Positions 19,206 to 29,660 of a stretch of DNA of 64,000 nt are shown in pieces (position 1 is the stretch's first letter; each line of letters begins with the position of its first letter). The stretch spans positions 73,384 through 137,383 of the forward strand of contig CAYUZS010000003.1 of the NCBI GenBank assembly GCA_964448705.1, in the 5' to 3' direction. The position numbers and the translations under genes are program-made. The notes below the pieces were generated by a model. It searched no databases. It saw only the letters and a list, made by a program, of their open reading frames with translations, and was not told the origin of the DNA. Source of the DNA: an uncultured Gammaproteobacteria bacterium (GTDB lineage Bacteria > Patescibacteriota > Microgenomatia > UBA12405).

Positions 19206-20372
19206 TTAGCTCTGTTTCTTTTCCAACTTTACGCTCAGATTCAATTGCTTTTTGTCTCTCCACAGGACCAGGTTAACCATGTCCCCGATTTTCTTTTTAT
19301 TAATCAATTCGGCCATGGAAAAATCTTTATCGTCACCAATTTTAATTCCGTCTATTTCGGTAATCACATCCCCCACTTTCAAACCGGCTTTTTCCGCCGG
19401 GCTATTTTCTAAAACTTGCTGCACATAGGCTCCGGCAGCCATTTCATTCATCAATGCTGTCTCTTTATCAATCATCCGATAACCTACTCCCATATACGGT
19501 CTATCGAATTCACCTGTCGTTCTGAAATTATCAATCGACTGTTTCACTAAATTTATCGGCAGAGCAAAACCTATATTTTGACCGGATTGAGACACTGCCA
19601 CGTTCACTCCGATCACTTGCCCTGATGAATCTATTAACGGACCTCCGGAATTACCGGAATTAATCGCCGCATCAGTCTGAATTACATTATCAAGTTTTTC
19701 CGAACCTCCGGATAATAATGAACCTGCCACAATTGCTCTTCCCAAGCCGGAAACCACTCCGGTAGTTACCGTTGACCTGAATTCACCCAATGCCGTGCCG
19801 ATAGCAATCACCGTTTGCCCCACTTTAACCTGATCCGAATCGCCTAAATTCAAAGGCGTTAATCCTGTCTTATTTACTTTTAAAATCGCCAAATCGGTTG
19901 AAGGGTCACGGTAAATATCCACTACCTCTTCTGTTTCGTCTTTACCGATTAACACCCGATATTTAGCCTCAACATTATCAACCACATGTTTATTGGTCAC
20001 AATTAATCCGTCGCTGCTGATCACAAAACCCGTCCCGATGTTCTGATAATTTTCTTCAGGACTTTTTGAAGGTACCGGAATATTAAAAAAATTATTAAAT
20101 AAATCATTGGTAATATTGACGGTGTTTTTATTGCTGATTGCCACTGTCACCACGCTTGGCGAAGACTCCTCCACCACCTTAGTCACCACCGATTCTTCGT
20201 CCATCACTACCGTCTTTTGATTAGTCAATTCGACTCCGCTTTTGTTTAACAATTTATCCAATAAAGGAAACCCTTTTAATTTCTCGTAAGCCGCCCCTCC
20301 GATAGTTGTCATCACCAACAATATCGCTACTCCAAATCCCAACCAAAAATTTTTTCGGGTTTCGTTTTTCAT
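19206..20372 (-). CDS. htrA: HtrA/DegP-family serine protease with PDZ domain
   Basis: N-terminal TM helix, trypsin-fold motifs TNKHVV and GNSGGPL, C-terminal PDZ domain. Confidence 0.9.
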   Translation of the reverse strand: MKNETRKNFWLGFGVAILLVMTTIGGAAYEKLKGFPLLDKLLNKSGVELTNQKTVVMDEESVVTKVVEESSPSVVTVAISNKNTVNITNDLFNNFFNIPVPSKSPEENYQNIGTGFVISSDGLIVTNKHVVDNVEAKYRVLIGKDETEEVVDIYRDPSTDLAILKVNKTGLTPLNLGDSDQVKVGQTVIAIGTALGEFRSTVTTGVVSGLGRAIVAGSLLSGGSEKLDNVIQTDAAINSGNSGGPLIDSSGQVIGVNVAVSQSGQNIGFALPINLVKQSIDNFRTTGEFDRPYMGVGYRMIDKETALMNEMAAGAYVQQVLENSPAEKAGLKVGDVITEIDGIKIGDDKDFSMAELINKKKIGDMVNLVLWRDKKQLNLSVKLEKKQS

Positions 20373-20413
20373 AATTCAGATTTTAACTTTTTAATGCTGA
20401 AAAAAAACTGAAA

Positions 20414-21634
20414 TTATTGCTGCAATAATACTTCTATTGCTTTGTTAAGCTGATTATCGACTTTATTGTCAGTTTCATTAGCCTCGTATTTAACCTCCAC
20501 ATCAGGATCAACTCCTACTCCATGGATATTTTTTCCATCCGGCAGCAGCCACTTGGCAATAGTCACATGTAATCCCGAACCATCCGGAAAATCTTCAGGT
20601 TGTTGCACTGTCCCTTTTCCGAAAGTTGTCACTCCTACCAGCTTGGCTCTGTTATAAGCCTTCAAGGCTCCGGCCAAAATTTCTGAAGCCGAGGCAGAAC
20701 CGCCGTTGATTAAAACTACCAATTTGTCGTTTAATAAATTTCCCATGCTTTTATCTACCTCATATTTTTCCACACTACCGTCAGCTGATTGTTGAGACAC
20801 CACTATTCCCTTATTCAAAAAATCAGAAGCCACCATCACACTCGCCTGCAGATAACCTCCCGGATTATCTCTTAAATCCAACACTATCCCGGCTACATCT
20901 CCGTTACTTTTTTCTTTATTAATTTGAGAAACAATATCCGACCATTCTTTTACTAGCTGATCGCTGAATTTATACATTTTTATCCAGGCCACTTTTTTCC
21001 CTCCGGTTACTTTTGAATTAACCCATTCCAACTCCACCCCGGGAACTACAATATTGTCTCTTTTTAAAGTTACTTCCCAACTATCAGCTTTACCTTCCCG
21101 ATAAAGTTTTAATGTCACTTCGCTGCCGATTTTTCCCCTGATTAATTTAACCGCCTCATCCAAAGTAATTCCGGTAGTGTCTTTGTCAACTCCGTTAGCC
21201 TTATCGGTAATCTTTAGAATCAGATCGCCGGCCATTATCCCTGCTTTTTCTGCCGGACTTTTGGCTAAAGGTGCCATCACCGCCAATGTTTTGTCTTTAT
21301 ATCCCAAACTGATTCCCACTCCTCCGAATTCGCCGGCCAAATCCTCGTTAGTGTTTTTATTTTGTTCCGCCGATAAATAAACTGTATAAGGATCACCTAA
21401 ACTAGACACCATCCCGCTGATAGCCCCGTCAACCATACTTTGATTATTAATTTTGTCTTTCTCCAAAAATGTCTGTTCCAGTTTATTCTTAACCGTCCAC
21501 ATCATCGACAGATCAAGTTCACTGCTGCCATTTGCTTGTTTTATCGGATTTACTTTTTCCCCTGCTTTAAAACTAACCAGTGATACTACTGCCAATAAAG
21601 CCAAACCTAAAAATATATTCCTGATTTTTGTCAT
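20414..21634 (-). CDS. S41 carboxyl-terminal processing protease
   Basis: PDZ domain plus S41 core: DLRDNPGGYL, NGGSASASEILAGALK. Confidence 0.9.
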   Translation of the reverse strand: MTKIRNIFLGLALLAVVSLVSFKAGEKVNPIKQANGSSELDLSMMWTVKNKLEQTFLEKDKINNQSMVDGAISGMVSSLGDPYTVYLSAEQNKNTNEDLAGEFGGVGISLGYKDKTLAVMAPLAKSPAEKAGIMAGDLILKITDKANGVDKDTTGITLDEAVKLIRGKIGSEVTLKLYREGKADSWEVTLKRDNIVVPGVELEWVNSKVTGGKKVAWIKMYKFSDQLVKEWSDIVSQINKEKSNGDVAGIVLDLRDNPGGYLQASVMVASDFLNKGIVVSQQSADGSVEKYEVDKSMGNLLNDKLVVLINGGSASASEILAGALKAYNRAKLVGVTTFGKGTVQQPEDFPDGSGLHVTIAKWLLPDGKNIHGVGVDPDVEVKYEANETDNKVDNQLNKAIEVLLQQ

Positions 21635-21640
21635 TTATTC

Positions 21641-22393
21641 CTAAATTACTAATATCAGTCGCCCTTTGGCTGCATTCATCATCGCTCTTTCAACCCCCTC
21701 CACATTCTTTTTCAATTCCTGCCACTCATCGCTCTCTATCGCCAAAATGGGTAACTTGGAATTAATTCTATCACTTTCCTCTGCCTCTTGTTTATCTATC
21801 ACAATCACTCCTTTGGCCCCGATTACTTCTGCTTTCATCAACCAAATTTGATCCAAATCTTCAGTCATTAAGATTTGGTCTTTGTATACCGAGGACAGGC
21901 TGACAATGTCATGGACATAACTTATTCCTTTGGTTGCCCACACTCTACCTTCATTAATCCCCTTTCCTTCATATTCGATTGCTTTAAATTCCAATTCTAA
22001 TAATTCGTCTTCTTTTTTGGTAACTTTGGCTGTCACCGGGCTGGTTATTTTTTTAGGTTTATCGGTTTTTTCTTTATAATGAAGATTCTCAAATTCATCA
22101 ATTTTAATTATTTCTCCGTTGATAGGTAAAAATACTTTTTTGCCAAAAATGCCGCTTGTTTTAAATACTGCCTCACCTTCCGACACATACAATCCTTTTA
22201 TTTCTTCTGCCATTTTTTCTTTTTCCGTCCCGGACAACCCTTTTATCCTCTCAGAGATATTGATTGTTTTTACCTGCTCCTGGATTGTTTCTACCAACTC
22301 CTGATCAGCCATCACTTCCTGGCCTAAATTAACCAGAATTTTATTTCCCTTTGGAACAGTCACTACCCACTTTGTTTTTACTTTCTTTGCCAC
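21641..22393 (-). CDS. hypothetical protein
   Basis: 250-aa ORF, co-directional and tightly spaced. No family recognised. Confidence 0.4.
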   Translation of the reverse strand: MAKKVKTKWVVTVPKGNKILVNLGQEVMADQELVETIQEQVKTINISERIKGLSGTEKEKMAEEIKGLYVSEGEAVFKTSGIFGKKVFLPINGEIIKIDEFENLHYKEKTDKPKKITSPVTAKVTKKEDELLELEFKAIEYEGKGINEGRVWATKGISYVHDIVSLSSVYKDQILMTEDLDQIWLMKAEVIGAKGVIVIDKQEAEESDRINSKLPILAIESDEWQELKKNVEGVERAMMNAAKGRLILVI

Positions 22394-22420
22394 TTTAAAG
22401 ATTATAAAGACAAATCACAC

Positions 22421-22660
22421 TTATTCCAAGCTGACAAAAGGCACCAATCCTAAATGACGGGCTCTCTTGATTGCTTTAGCCAGGATTTTTTGGTGTTTAA
22501 CACACACCCCGGTAAATTGAGAAGGTAAAATTCTGCCTCTCACCGAGAGGTATTCTTTTAATTTTTCCGGATCGTTCCACACCGGTTCCGACTTGGATTT
22601 GCAAAAAGCACATTCCTTCGATCGGGGTTTAATTTGTTGTTTTTTTGGTTTAATAGACAT
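22421..22660 (-). CDS. rpsR: ribosomal protein S18
   Basis: CAFCK...ISERGKI-type region (LSVRGRILPSQFTGVCVKHQKILAKAIKRARHLGL). Confidence 0.9.
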   Translation of the reverse strand: MSIKPKKQQIKPRSKECAFCKSKSEPVWNDPEKLKEYLSVRGRILPSQFTGVCVKHQKILAKAIKRARHLGLVPFVSLE

Positions 22661-22671
22661 ACTTATTAAAA

Positions 22672-23154
22672 TTATTCAATTGGAGTTTCTGAAACTTCAC
22701 CGATTTCGTCAGGAATAACGATATCCTCAAGTTCTCCATTCGGAGCAACGGTTTCATCAATCGGTTGATCCATGACTTCTGAAGATTCATTCATCATTTT
22801 TTCACCGTTGGCTACACCTTTATTATCGAGAATTATCATGTCATCGATTACGATCTCGGAAACTTGTTTTTTAATTCCGGTTGAATCGACAATCTCCCGA
22901 TATTGAATCCGGCCTTCAACATATATTCTGCGGCCTTTTGATAACAATTGAGAACAAAGTTCAGCCAGCTTGTTCCAAGCTACGATTCGGTGAAACTGAG
23001 CATCTTCTTTCTTTTCACCTTGTTTGGTTACCCAAACTCTGTTGGTAGCCAACCCAAACGAAACTACGGCCATTCCCCCTGGGGTGTACCGTAATTCAGG
23101 ATCACGGGTTAAATTACCGATTAACATTACTCTATTAAGACAACGACTAGGCAT
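22672..23154 (-). CDS. ssb: single-stranded DNA-binding protein
   Basis: OB fold NRVMLIGNLTRDPELRYTPGG and acidic C-terminal tail. Confidence 0.9.
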   Translation of the reverse strand: MPSRCLNRVMLIGNLTRDPELRYTPGGMAVVSFGLATNRVWVTKQGEKKEDAQFHRIVAWNKLAELCSQLLSKGRRIYVEGRIQYREIVDSTGIKKQVSEIVIDDMIILDNKGVANGEKMMNESSEVMDQPIDETVAPNGELEDIVIPDEIGEVSETPIE

Positions 23155-23171
23155 ATTTCCTTCCCTTACAA

Positions 23172-23468
23172 TTAAATTTTTAAAATTAAATAACGAATAA
23201 CGTTTATTTCCCGATTTAGAAACAAATTAAGCTCTTGGAGTTTCAAAGGCACTTCTCCGGCCACATCTAACACCCAAAAATCACCCTTTCGGTTTTTGGC
23301 AATCTCGTATACTAATTCTTTATTGCCCTGATGATCTTTATTAGTCACTTTGGCTTTTGCCGCCTCCAACCAGGATTCAACCTTGGCCAGAACTTTTTCT
23401 TTGTCTTTCTCTTCAGTTTTGGGAGCCAAAACTAAAATTATTTGATAATTGTGATTATTTTCTTTCAT
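23172..23468 (-). CDS. rpsF: ribosomal protein S6
   Basis: rpsF-ssb-rpsR synteny and an S6-like N-terminus when started at MKENNHNYQIILV. Confidence 0.8.
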   Translation of the reverse strand: MKENNHNYQIILVLAPKTEEKDKEKVLAKVESWLEAAKAKVTNKDHQGNKELVYEIAKNRKGDFWVLDVAGEVPLKLQELNLFLNREINVIRYLILKI

Positions 23469-23517
23469 AAAACTCTCTAATTTAACATAAAATCTATCCA
23501 TTTACAATGGACTTCTC

Positions 23518-24912
23518 TCATTGTTTTCTAATTTTACAATCATTCTTTAAATCTTCAACTACATATCCTTTCTCATTTATAAGATCCCGCAATCGGTCCG
23601 ATTCCGCCCAATCCTTATTTTCCCTAGCCTGAATTCTTTCCGCTGCTAACTTTTGGATTTCTTCAGGAATCTCTTCTTCATTTTCTTTTTCCTGTAAATT
23701 CAACCCCAGCACCCGATCAAAATCCAGAATAGTCGCTTTTTTATCCTGTTCCTCTACATTTTCATCTTTTAACAATTTCCATGCCAGGGCAATAACCTCC
23801 GGCATAGCTAAATCGTCACTGATTTTTTCAATAAACTTCTCCCGATATTCTTCATTTATTTGCCCCCCATCCGGCAGATTCGATACCAATTTTTTCATTT
23901 TTTTATATGTAGTTTGGGCTACCTTTAAACTTTCCAGGGTAAATTCTAAACCTTTTCTGTAATGACTGGTCAACACTAAATATCGGTAAGCCAAAGGTTC
24001 AATTTCCATTTTTACTAATTCCTGAGTTGTAAAAATGTTACCCAAAGATTTCGACATTTTAGTACCGTTCTTCCCTGTTACCCAAGCGTTGTGTACCCAA
24101 AAATTAGCTGTCTGATGTCCAAAAGCTCCATACCCTTGGGCAATTTCATTAGTGTGATGAACCGGAATATGATCTATTCCCCCGGTATGAATATCAAAAG
24201 TCTCTCCTAAATATTTTACCGACATTGCCGTACATTCAATATGCCATCCCGGAAAACCAACCCCCCAAGGACTTTCCCATTCCATTTGTCTTTTAGGTAA
24301 CCCCGAATCCACTGCCGGAGAAAATTTCCACAAAGCAAAGTCGCTGGGATTTCTTTTTTCTCTATTTATGTCATCTCTGTCGGTATCTTTTAATTCTTCC
24401 AATTTTAAATTAGCAAAGTTTCCGTAATCAGGAAACTTGCTGGTATCAAAATAAATCCCATCAGAGGTTTTATAAGCAAAACCATTCGACTCAATTTTTT
24501 TGATTAACTCAATTTGCTCCGGAATATGATCGGTCGCAGCGCAGACAACGTCCGGACGGACTATATTAAGCAATTCTTCACTTTCAAAAAACTGTTTCTC
24601 GTATTTTTTCGCCAATTCCCACACTGTTATCCCCTCTCTTTTTGAACCTTTTTCCATCTTATCATCACCGCTGTCGGCATCTGAAGTTAAGTGTCCGACA
24701 TCGGTCAAATTCATCACCAGTTTTACTTCATAACCCAAATAACGAAAAACCCTCACCATTACGTCCCAGGCAATATAAGCATACATATTCCCCAAATGTT
24801 GATCCCAATAAACTGTCGGTCCGCAGGCATAAATCCCCACTTTTCCTTCGTTTATCGTTTTCAGTTCCTCTTTTTTTCTGGTTACAGTGTTATAAAGAAT
24901 TACCTTTTTCAT
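23518..24912 (-). CDS. cysS: cysteinyl-tRNA synthetase
   Basis: 464 aa class I aaRS with the HIGH-region variant (HLGNMYAY) and KMSKS. Confidence 0.95.
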   Translation of the reverse strand: MKKVILYNTVTRKKEELKTINEGKVGIYACGPTVYWDQHLGNMYAYIAWDVMVRVFRYLGYEVKLVMNLTDVGHLTSDADSGDDKMEKGSKREGITVWELAKKYEKQFFESEELLNIVRPDVVCAATDHIPEQIELIKKIESNGFAYKTSDGIYFDTSKFPDYGNFANLKLEELKDTDRDDINREKRNPSDFALWKFSPAVDSGLPKRQMEWESPWGVGFPGWHIECTAMSVKYLGETFDIHTGGIDHIPVHHTNEIAQGYGAFGHQTANFWVHNAWVTGKNGTKMSKSLGNIFTTQELVKMEIEPLAYRYLVLTSHYRKGLEFTLESLKVAQTTYKKMKKLVSNLPDGGQINEEYREKFIEKISDDLAMPEVIALAWKLLKDENVEEQDKKATILDFDRVLGLNLQEKENEEEIPEEIQKLAAERIQARENKDWAESDRLRDLINEKGYVVEDLKNDCKIRKQ

Positions 24913-24929
24913 CTTTAATAGGCTTTATT

Positions 24930-25421
24930 TTAATCTATTTTTCCCTTAAATTCACTTGTCTGCGACATTTGTGACTGGTCGGGAGCGCTTTTTTTCTTTC
25001 CCTGCGGCATCATTCTTATTTTCGCCAGCTCTCTTTGGCTTTTATCTTGGATTATTAATTGTTGTTTTTCTTTTTCTTCCGCTTCTCTTTGTTGTTTAAT
25101 TTGTTCCAACAGTTTTTCCTGTTCCTCTGCTTCTTTTTGTTTTTCATCCCTTACTTGTTCAATTTCCTCCTCCACATTTCTTCCTGTTTCCGGTTTTGGA
25201 TTATTCAGGGCTGCCATTTCCTCTTGTTTTCTTTTTTCGTCTTCAGCTTTTTTCGCGGCTAATTCCGATTCTGACATTGGTTTTAAATTTCCCACCAATT
25301 CAGTCCCGGTTATTATTGAATCCGCCACAGTCAGCGTCTGCTTCACCAATCCTTCCCCGGTTTCTTCAACAATTTTTCCGAGATTTTGTACAACTTGTTT
25401 TGGAATATTATTATCTGTCAT
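24930..25421 (-). CDS. hypothetical charged coiled-coil protein
   Basis: 163 aa, very E/K/Q-rich centre. Confidence 0.4.
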   Translation of the reverse strand: MTDNNIPKQVVQNLGKIVEETGEGLVKQTLTVADSIITGTELVGNLKPMSESELAAKKAEDEKRKQEEMAALNNPKPETGRNVEEEIEQVRDEKQKEAEEQEKLLEQIKQQREAEEKEKQQLIIQDKSQRELAKIRMMPQGKKKSAPDQSQMSQTSEFKGKID

Positions 25422-25429
25422 AAAATATT

Positions 25430-26050
25430 TTACAGCATAGTTCTGCCTTCCATGGCTCTGGATATAGTTGCCTGGTCGGCAAACTCCAAATCGGCCCCCA
25501 TCGGTAAACCGCTGCCGATTCTGGAAACTTTTATTTCTTCATTCAACTCTCTTATTTTTTTTCTGATATACAAAGCTGTCGCCTCCCCCTCCATAGTCGG
25601 ATTAGTTGCCATTATTATTTCTAATTTAGAATTCTCTCCATTAATTAATTGGCCTATCCTGTCAAGTAATTCGTTTATTCTTAAATCATCAGGACCCACG
25701 TGATCCAAAGGATTAATCACTCCTCCCAAAACATGATAAACACCATTAAATCCTCCCATATTTTCAATCGCCAACACATCAATCGCTTTTTCTACCACAC
25801 AAATTATTTTTTTATCCCGTTTTTCATTGTCGCAGATTTCGCAAACTTCATTAGTGCTTACCCCACCGCATGTTCGACAAATCTTGATTTCTTTTTTAAG
25901 CCGCAACAGGTCTGTACTTATTTCTTCCACAAAACTGTTCGGAGTATTTAATAAATAAAAAGCCAGCCTGGTAGCGCTTTTCGGGCCTATACCCGGCAGT
26001 CTTTCAAAAACGTTAACCAAATCAGTGATTGCTTTCGGTAAACTGGCCAT
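25430..26050 (-). CDS. recR: recombination protein RecR
   Basis: LPGIGPKSA HhH motif, C4 zinc finger CRTCGG...CEIC and a Toprim domain. Confidence 0.95.
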   Translation of the reverse strand: MASLPKAITDLVNVFERLPGIGPKSATRLAFYLLNTPNSFVEEISTDLLRLKKEIKICRTCGGVSTNEVCEICDNEKRDKKIICVVEKAIDVLAIENMGGFNGVYHVLGGVINPLDHVGPDDLRINELLDRIGQLINGENSKLEIIMATNPTMEGEATALYIRKKIRELNEEIKVSRIGSGLPMGADLEFADQATISRAMEGRTML

Positions 26051-26298
26051 TAAAACAATCCTTCCAAACCCCCCATATCCTTCATTTTTTTAGCCGCAAC
26101 TTCCTGAGACTTTTTCATCGCTTTATTAATCACTTCTACCAACACTTTGTTTTCTATTCCGTTCACAGACAAAAATTTAACTTTCTGGTCACCACTGACA
26201 GTCACTTTTACTCCGTTTTCTTCAAGTTCCACCACTTCTGCTTCCACAGCTTTTTTTAATTTTAAGGCCTGAGCCAACATTTTTGCTTTATCAAACAT
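26050..26298 (-). CDS. ybaB: YbaB/EbfC-family nucleoid-associated protein
   Basis: 82 aa. dnaX-ybaB-recR synteny and a family-like N-terminal helix. Confidence 0.7.
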   Translation of the reverse strand: MFDKAKMLAQALKLKKAVEAEVVELEENGVKVTVSGDQKVKFLSVNGIENKVLVEVINKAMKKSQEVAAKKMKDMGGLEGLF

Positions 26299-26335
26299 AA
26301 GTTTTAAAAAATATATTAACCTCCAATTTTAACAC

Positions 26336-27898
26336 CTATCCGAATATCTGTTTGGCCACGTCATAGATATCTCCGCCCTCAGCTTTTGTCTCTTCTTCCA
26401 ACTTTTCACTCACTGCCGTCATCGGTGTCTCATTATTTATTACCAAAGGTTTCTCTTTTCCGCTGCTCAAAACACACTCGAATCCGATTTCTATTCCAAA
26501 AACAGTATTCAATCCTTTCTCTACAATTTGCCGGTTTTTTGGTTCTTCTAATTTATCTTTGTGAAACGGATAAAACACTTCTAAAATTACTCTGTTTGCT
26601 TTTATTTTTTTGGGTCTGGCAGCTCTTAAAAACGCCTCCACTGAATGATTGTAAGGTTTAACTGCCGTCAACACTTTCATCCATTCCCTTTCCACTTCTT
26701 CAATTTCCAGATTTATATTTTTTGCCGGCTTTATCGTTTCTATCTTAACATCCTCTGCAATTTCATCCTTAATTTTGGCTTCAGCTTCAATCTTCACTTC
26801 TGTTTGCTCTTCTTTTTTCGCTTCAGTTGGGTTTTTTTTTACCAAAAATTCCTCCCCTATTCGGTTCTTAAGCATTTCCACCACGGCTAATTCCAACGGT
26901 AATTGGTCTATATTCACCTCTTTTTCCTGTTTTCCGGCGGCAATCAATAAACCTAACCATTTTTCTAAATCAGCTGCACTTAATACAGACTCCTGTTCAT
27001 TTTTAACCCCATAAACTTCCAATAGTTTTTCCTGAAAATATTTCAACAGATTATCTCTGTAGGCTTTAAAATCAATTCCTGCCTCGGCCATTTTTTCGAT
27101 TTTTTCAAGTATTTTTTTAATCTCACCTTTTGCTAAATCATCTTCCAATTCTTTTTCTGAATATACTCCGGTTCTTTTTTCAAAAAATAGTTCTGTTTCT
27201 CTAAGAGTAATTTTTTTTCCTACCTCTAAAAATATTTCATTAAAAGTTTTTTGTAGATTTCTAAAACTTCCGTCGCTTTTTGTCACTATCAAATCAATAG
27301 CTTCTTTTTCAATTTCCACCTTCTCCCCCTCGATCACCCTTTGCAATGATTTTTTTAATTCTTCTTTGTTTCCCCTCCGAAAACCGACCTTTATCAACCT
27401 CGACAACACTGTTTCCGGTATCTTTTCCTCATCAGTGGTACACAATACAAATATTGTATGTTCCGGAGGTTCCTCTATCAATTTTAAAAGAGCGTTAAAA
27501 GCCTCTTTTGTCAGCATGTGAACTTCATCAATAATAAACACTTTCTTCGCTAATTTACTCGGTAATAAATAGGCCTTGTCTTTTAAGGCTCTGATATCTT
27601 CAATTCCCCTATTAGATGCAGCATCAATTTCTACCACATCAATCGAATTTCCTTTTAAAATCTCCTGACAATTTTCACATTCTCCACAAGGTTCCTTATT
27701 TTTTAAATGCTGGCAATTCACCGCTCGTGCCAAAATTCTTGCAGCTGAAGTTTTTCCCGCTCCCTTTGGTCCTGTAAATAAAAATGATTGCGGCACTTCC
27801 TTTGCCGACAAAATATTTTTTAAAGTTTCAGAAACTTCTACCAAATCCAGATCTGAAAATTTTTGTGGTCTATACTTTAAATGAAACACTGACATCAA
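26336..27898 (-). CDS. dnaX: DNA polymerase III subunit gamma/tau
   Basis: YRPQKFSDL, GPKGAGKTS, zinc module CGECENC and Walker B IIDEVHML. Confidence 0.9.
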   Translation of the reverse strand: MMSVFHLKYRPQKFSDLDLVEVSETLKNILSAKEVPQSFLFTGPKGAGKTSAARILARAVNCQHLKNKEPCGECENCQEILKGNSIDVVEIDAASNRGIEDIRALKDKAYLLPSKLAKKVFIIDEVHMLTKEAFNALLKLIEEPPEHTIFVLCTTDEEKIPETVLSRLIKVGFRRGNKEELKKSLQRVIEGEKVEIEKEAIDLIVTKSDGSFRNLQKTFNEIFLEVGKKITLRETELFFEKRTGVYSEKELEDDLAKGEIKKILEKIEKMAEAGIDFKAYRDNLLKYFQEKLLEVYGVKNEQESVLSAADLEKWLGLLIAAGKQEKEVNIDQLPLELAVVEMLKNRIGEEFLVKKNPTEAKKEEQTEVKIEAEAKIKDEIAEDVKIETIKPAKNINLEIEEVEREWMKVLTAVKPYNHSVEAFLRAARPKKIKANRVILEVFYPFHKDKLEEPKNRQIVEKGLNTVFGIEIGFECVLSSGKEKPLVINNETPMTAVSEKLEEETKAEGGDIYDVAKQIFG

Positions 27899-27944
27899 TC
27901 CATTTTAAGTTGAAAATCTTTTTGAAGCAATATCACTTTCTACA

Positions 27945-28310
27945 TCAATCATCTTTGAGTAGATTCTCTACTCCGTGTATCATCCATTCATCCAAAACAT
28001 CTTTCAAACTTTTGTTTTGAAAAACAGTTTCATATTTTAGTTTTTGAGTGCATATTACTACATCACCCAATCTGATCATCCCATCATCATCTGCCTCTCT
28101 CGTCATCGGGAACCCTAGTACTTGGGGTATATAATCTTTGTTTCGATAGTTAATATTTAATTCCTTGGCTTTTTTTCGACCGACAAACACTACACTCAAT
28201 TCCACTGACTGCATCTTCTTTTTTTTGAGTGCCGATATTGCCGAATCTCTGACCATTTCTTCATCCAAACCCCAATTACGTGGGTGTTTTATCAGTACCA
28301 CATTTTTCAT
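27945..28310 (-). CDS. YbeY-like protein with degenerate metal site
   Basis: 121 aa with a YbeY-like N-terminal and central region. The C-terminus IHGVENLLKDD keeps only the first His of the H-x3-H-x5-H motif. Confidence 0.5.
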   Translation of the reverse strand: MKNVVLIKHPRNWGLDEEMVRDSAISALKKKKMQSVELSVVFVGRKKAKELNINYRNKDYIPQVLGFPMTREADDDGMIRLGDVVICTQKLKYETVFQNKSLKDVLDEWMIHGVENLLKDD

Positions 28311-28315
28311 AAGAG

Positions 28316-28744
28316 TTAATTTAATTTTTCTTTGACAATCATCGAAATCTTGTCTCCACCAACTCTGCCGGCAGTTTTTGTCATCACAGCTTTCATCACC
28401 AACCCAAAATTATTTCCTACTTCAGCAATCGACTCTTCAACTATCTTTTCCAATTCGTCATTACTCATTTCCTGGGGTAAATATTCTTTCACCACTTTTA
28501 TTTCGTAATCCAGTTCCGAAACCAAATCATTTCTTTCTGCTTTTAAAAACATTTCTCTGGATTCTTCTTTGTCTTTCAATTCTTTTCTCAGTACCGAAAC
28601 CTCATCAGACTCCTTCATCTGTCCGGGTGGAAGCTGTAATTCTTTTTTATCGATTAAAGAAATTAAATACCTCAAAACCCCCACCCGAACAGTGTCATGA
28701 TTTTTCAAAGCTACAATCGAATCTGCTTTTATTTTATCTTTCAT
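28316..28744 (-). CDS. GatB/YqeY domain protein
   Basis: Family-typical N-terminus KDKIKADSIVALKNHDTVRVGVLRYLIS. Confidence 0.75.
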   Translation of the reverse strand: MKDKIKADSIVALKNHDTVRVGVLRYLISLIDKKELQLPPGQMKESDEVSVLRKELKDKEESREMFLKAERNDLVSELDYEIKVVKEYLPQEMSNDELEKIVEESIAEVGNNFGLVMKAVMTKTAGRVGGDKISMIVKEKLN

Positions 28745-28950
28745 TAATATCTTCTTTTTTTAGCTCTTTTACGGCATTTTTCCCGCCATAAAATAATTTT
28801 TTTCTTAGCGTATCTCTTAACTGCCGGTTTTTCGTAAGCAGTTCTTTTTTTGACTTCCTCGGTTATATCTTCTTCAACACTCAATCTTCTGAATTTTCCG
28901 ATTACATCATCTTTTGTTTCGCCTTTCTTTTTTTTGACAATAATGGGCAT
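28744..28950 (-). CDS. rpsU: ribosomal protein S21
   Basis: 68-aa basic protein with YEKPAVKR and a Lys/Arg tail. Confidence 0.65.
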   Translation of the reverse strand: MPIIVKKKKGETKDDVIGKFRRLSVEEDITEEVKKRTAYEKPAVKRYAKKKIILWREKCRKRAKKRRY

Positions 28951-29003
28951 TAACCCACCTCCTTAACAATTTTTTTGCTTAAATAATGTTGTTATTCTAC
29001 CGA

Positions 29004-29660
29004 TTATTGGCTGTTTTGTAAACACTTTGACTTGTCCAGACTGTTTACAATTCCGTTGTTGTCATAATCGACATTATCTTTACAGCTTGTAGCTGATGAA
29101 GTAGTTGCCGGTGCTATAGTTCCACCGCCCCCTCTGACACAGATGATATAGTCTGCCGTATTTATTGCACCGTCTTTGTTATAGTCAGTTGTTTTATTGC
29201 AGCTTCCACTTTGAGTCGCTATAGCGGTTGGTGCTGCTGTCGGTGCCAAAGTTGCTGTCGGAGACGCACCTGCACCGGCTTTAAAGGTATAAGGAATCCC
29301 TCCATTATCAAAAACTTCTTCGCCTACTTTAATTCTAAAATAATAGCTTTGACCCGGTTTCAATGAATTTAAAACCACCGAGTGATTAACAGTTGATACC
29401 GTTTCCGGCACTGAAAGCAGTAATGCCGCTGAAGACGTTCCATATTGAACTACACTTTGAGCTTCTTTGTCTGTCGTCCAGGTTATAGTTGCCGATTTAC
29501 CATCTTCTGAAGGATTGGATACTACCCCTTTTGGTTCTGTATTGCCCGATGCTCCGCTCAGATATGTTCTTGCTGTTCCGACTCCCAAAACTCCCAAGAC
29601 ACCTACCAATATTAAAATCAGAATCGTAATAATTGTTTTTATTGATATTTTTTCTTTCAT
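29004..29660 (-). CDS. secreted FN3-like domain protein with C-terminal dockerin-like repeats
   Basis: N-terminal TM/signal sequence and an FN3-like block ATITWTTDKEAQSVVQYG...LKPGQSYYFRI. Two Ca-binding-type repeats: DYNKDGAINTADY and DYDNNGIVNSLD. Confidence 0.6.
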   Translation of the reverse strand: MKEKISIKTIITILILILVGVLGVLGVGTARTYLSGASGNTEPKGVVSNPSEDGKSATITWTTDKEAQSVVQYGTSSAALLLSVPETVSTVNHSVVLNSLKPGQSYYFRIKVGEEVFDNGGIPYTFKAGAGASPTATLAPTAAPTAIATQSGSCNKTTDYNKDGAINTADYIICVRGGGGTIAPATTSSATSCKDNVDYDNNGIVNSLDKSKCLQNSQ

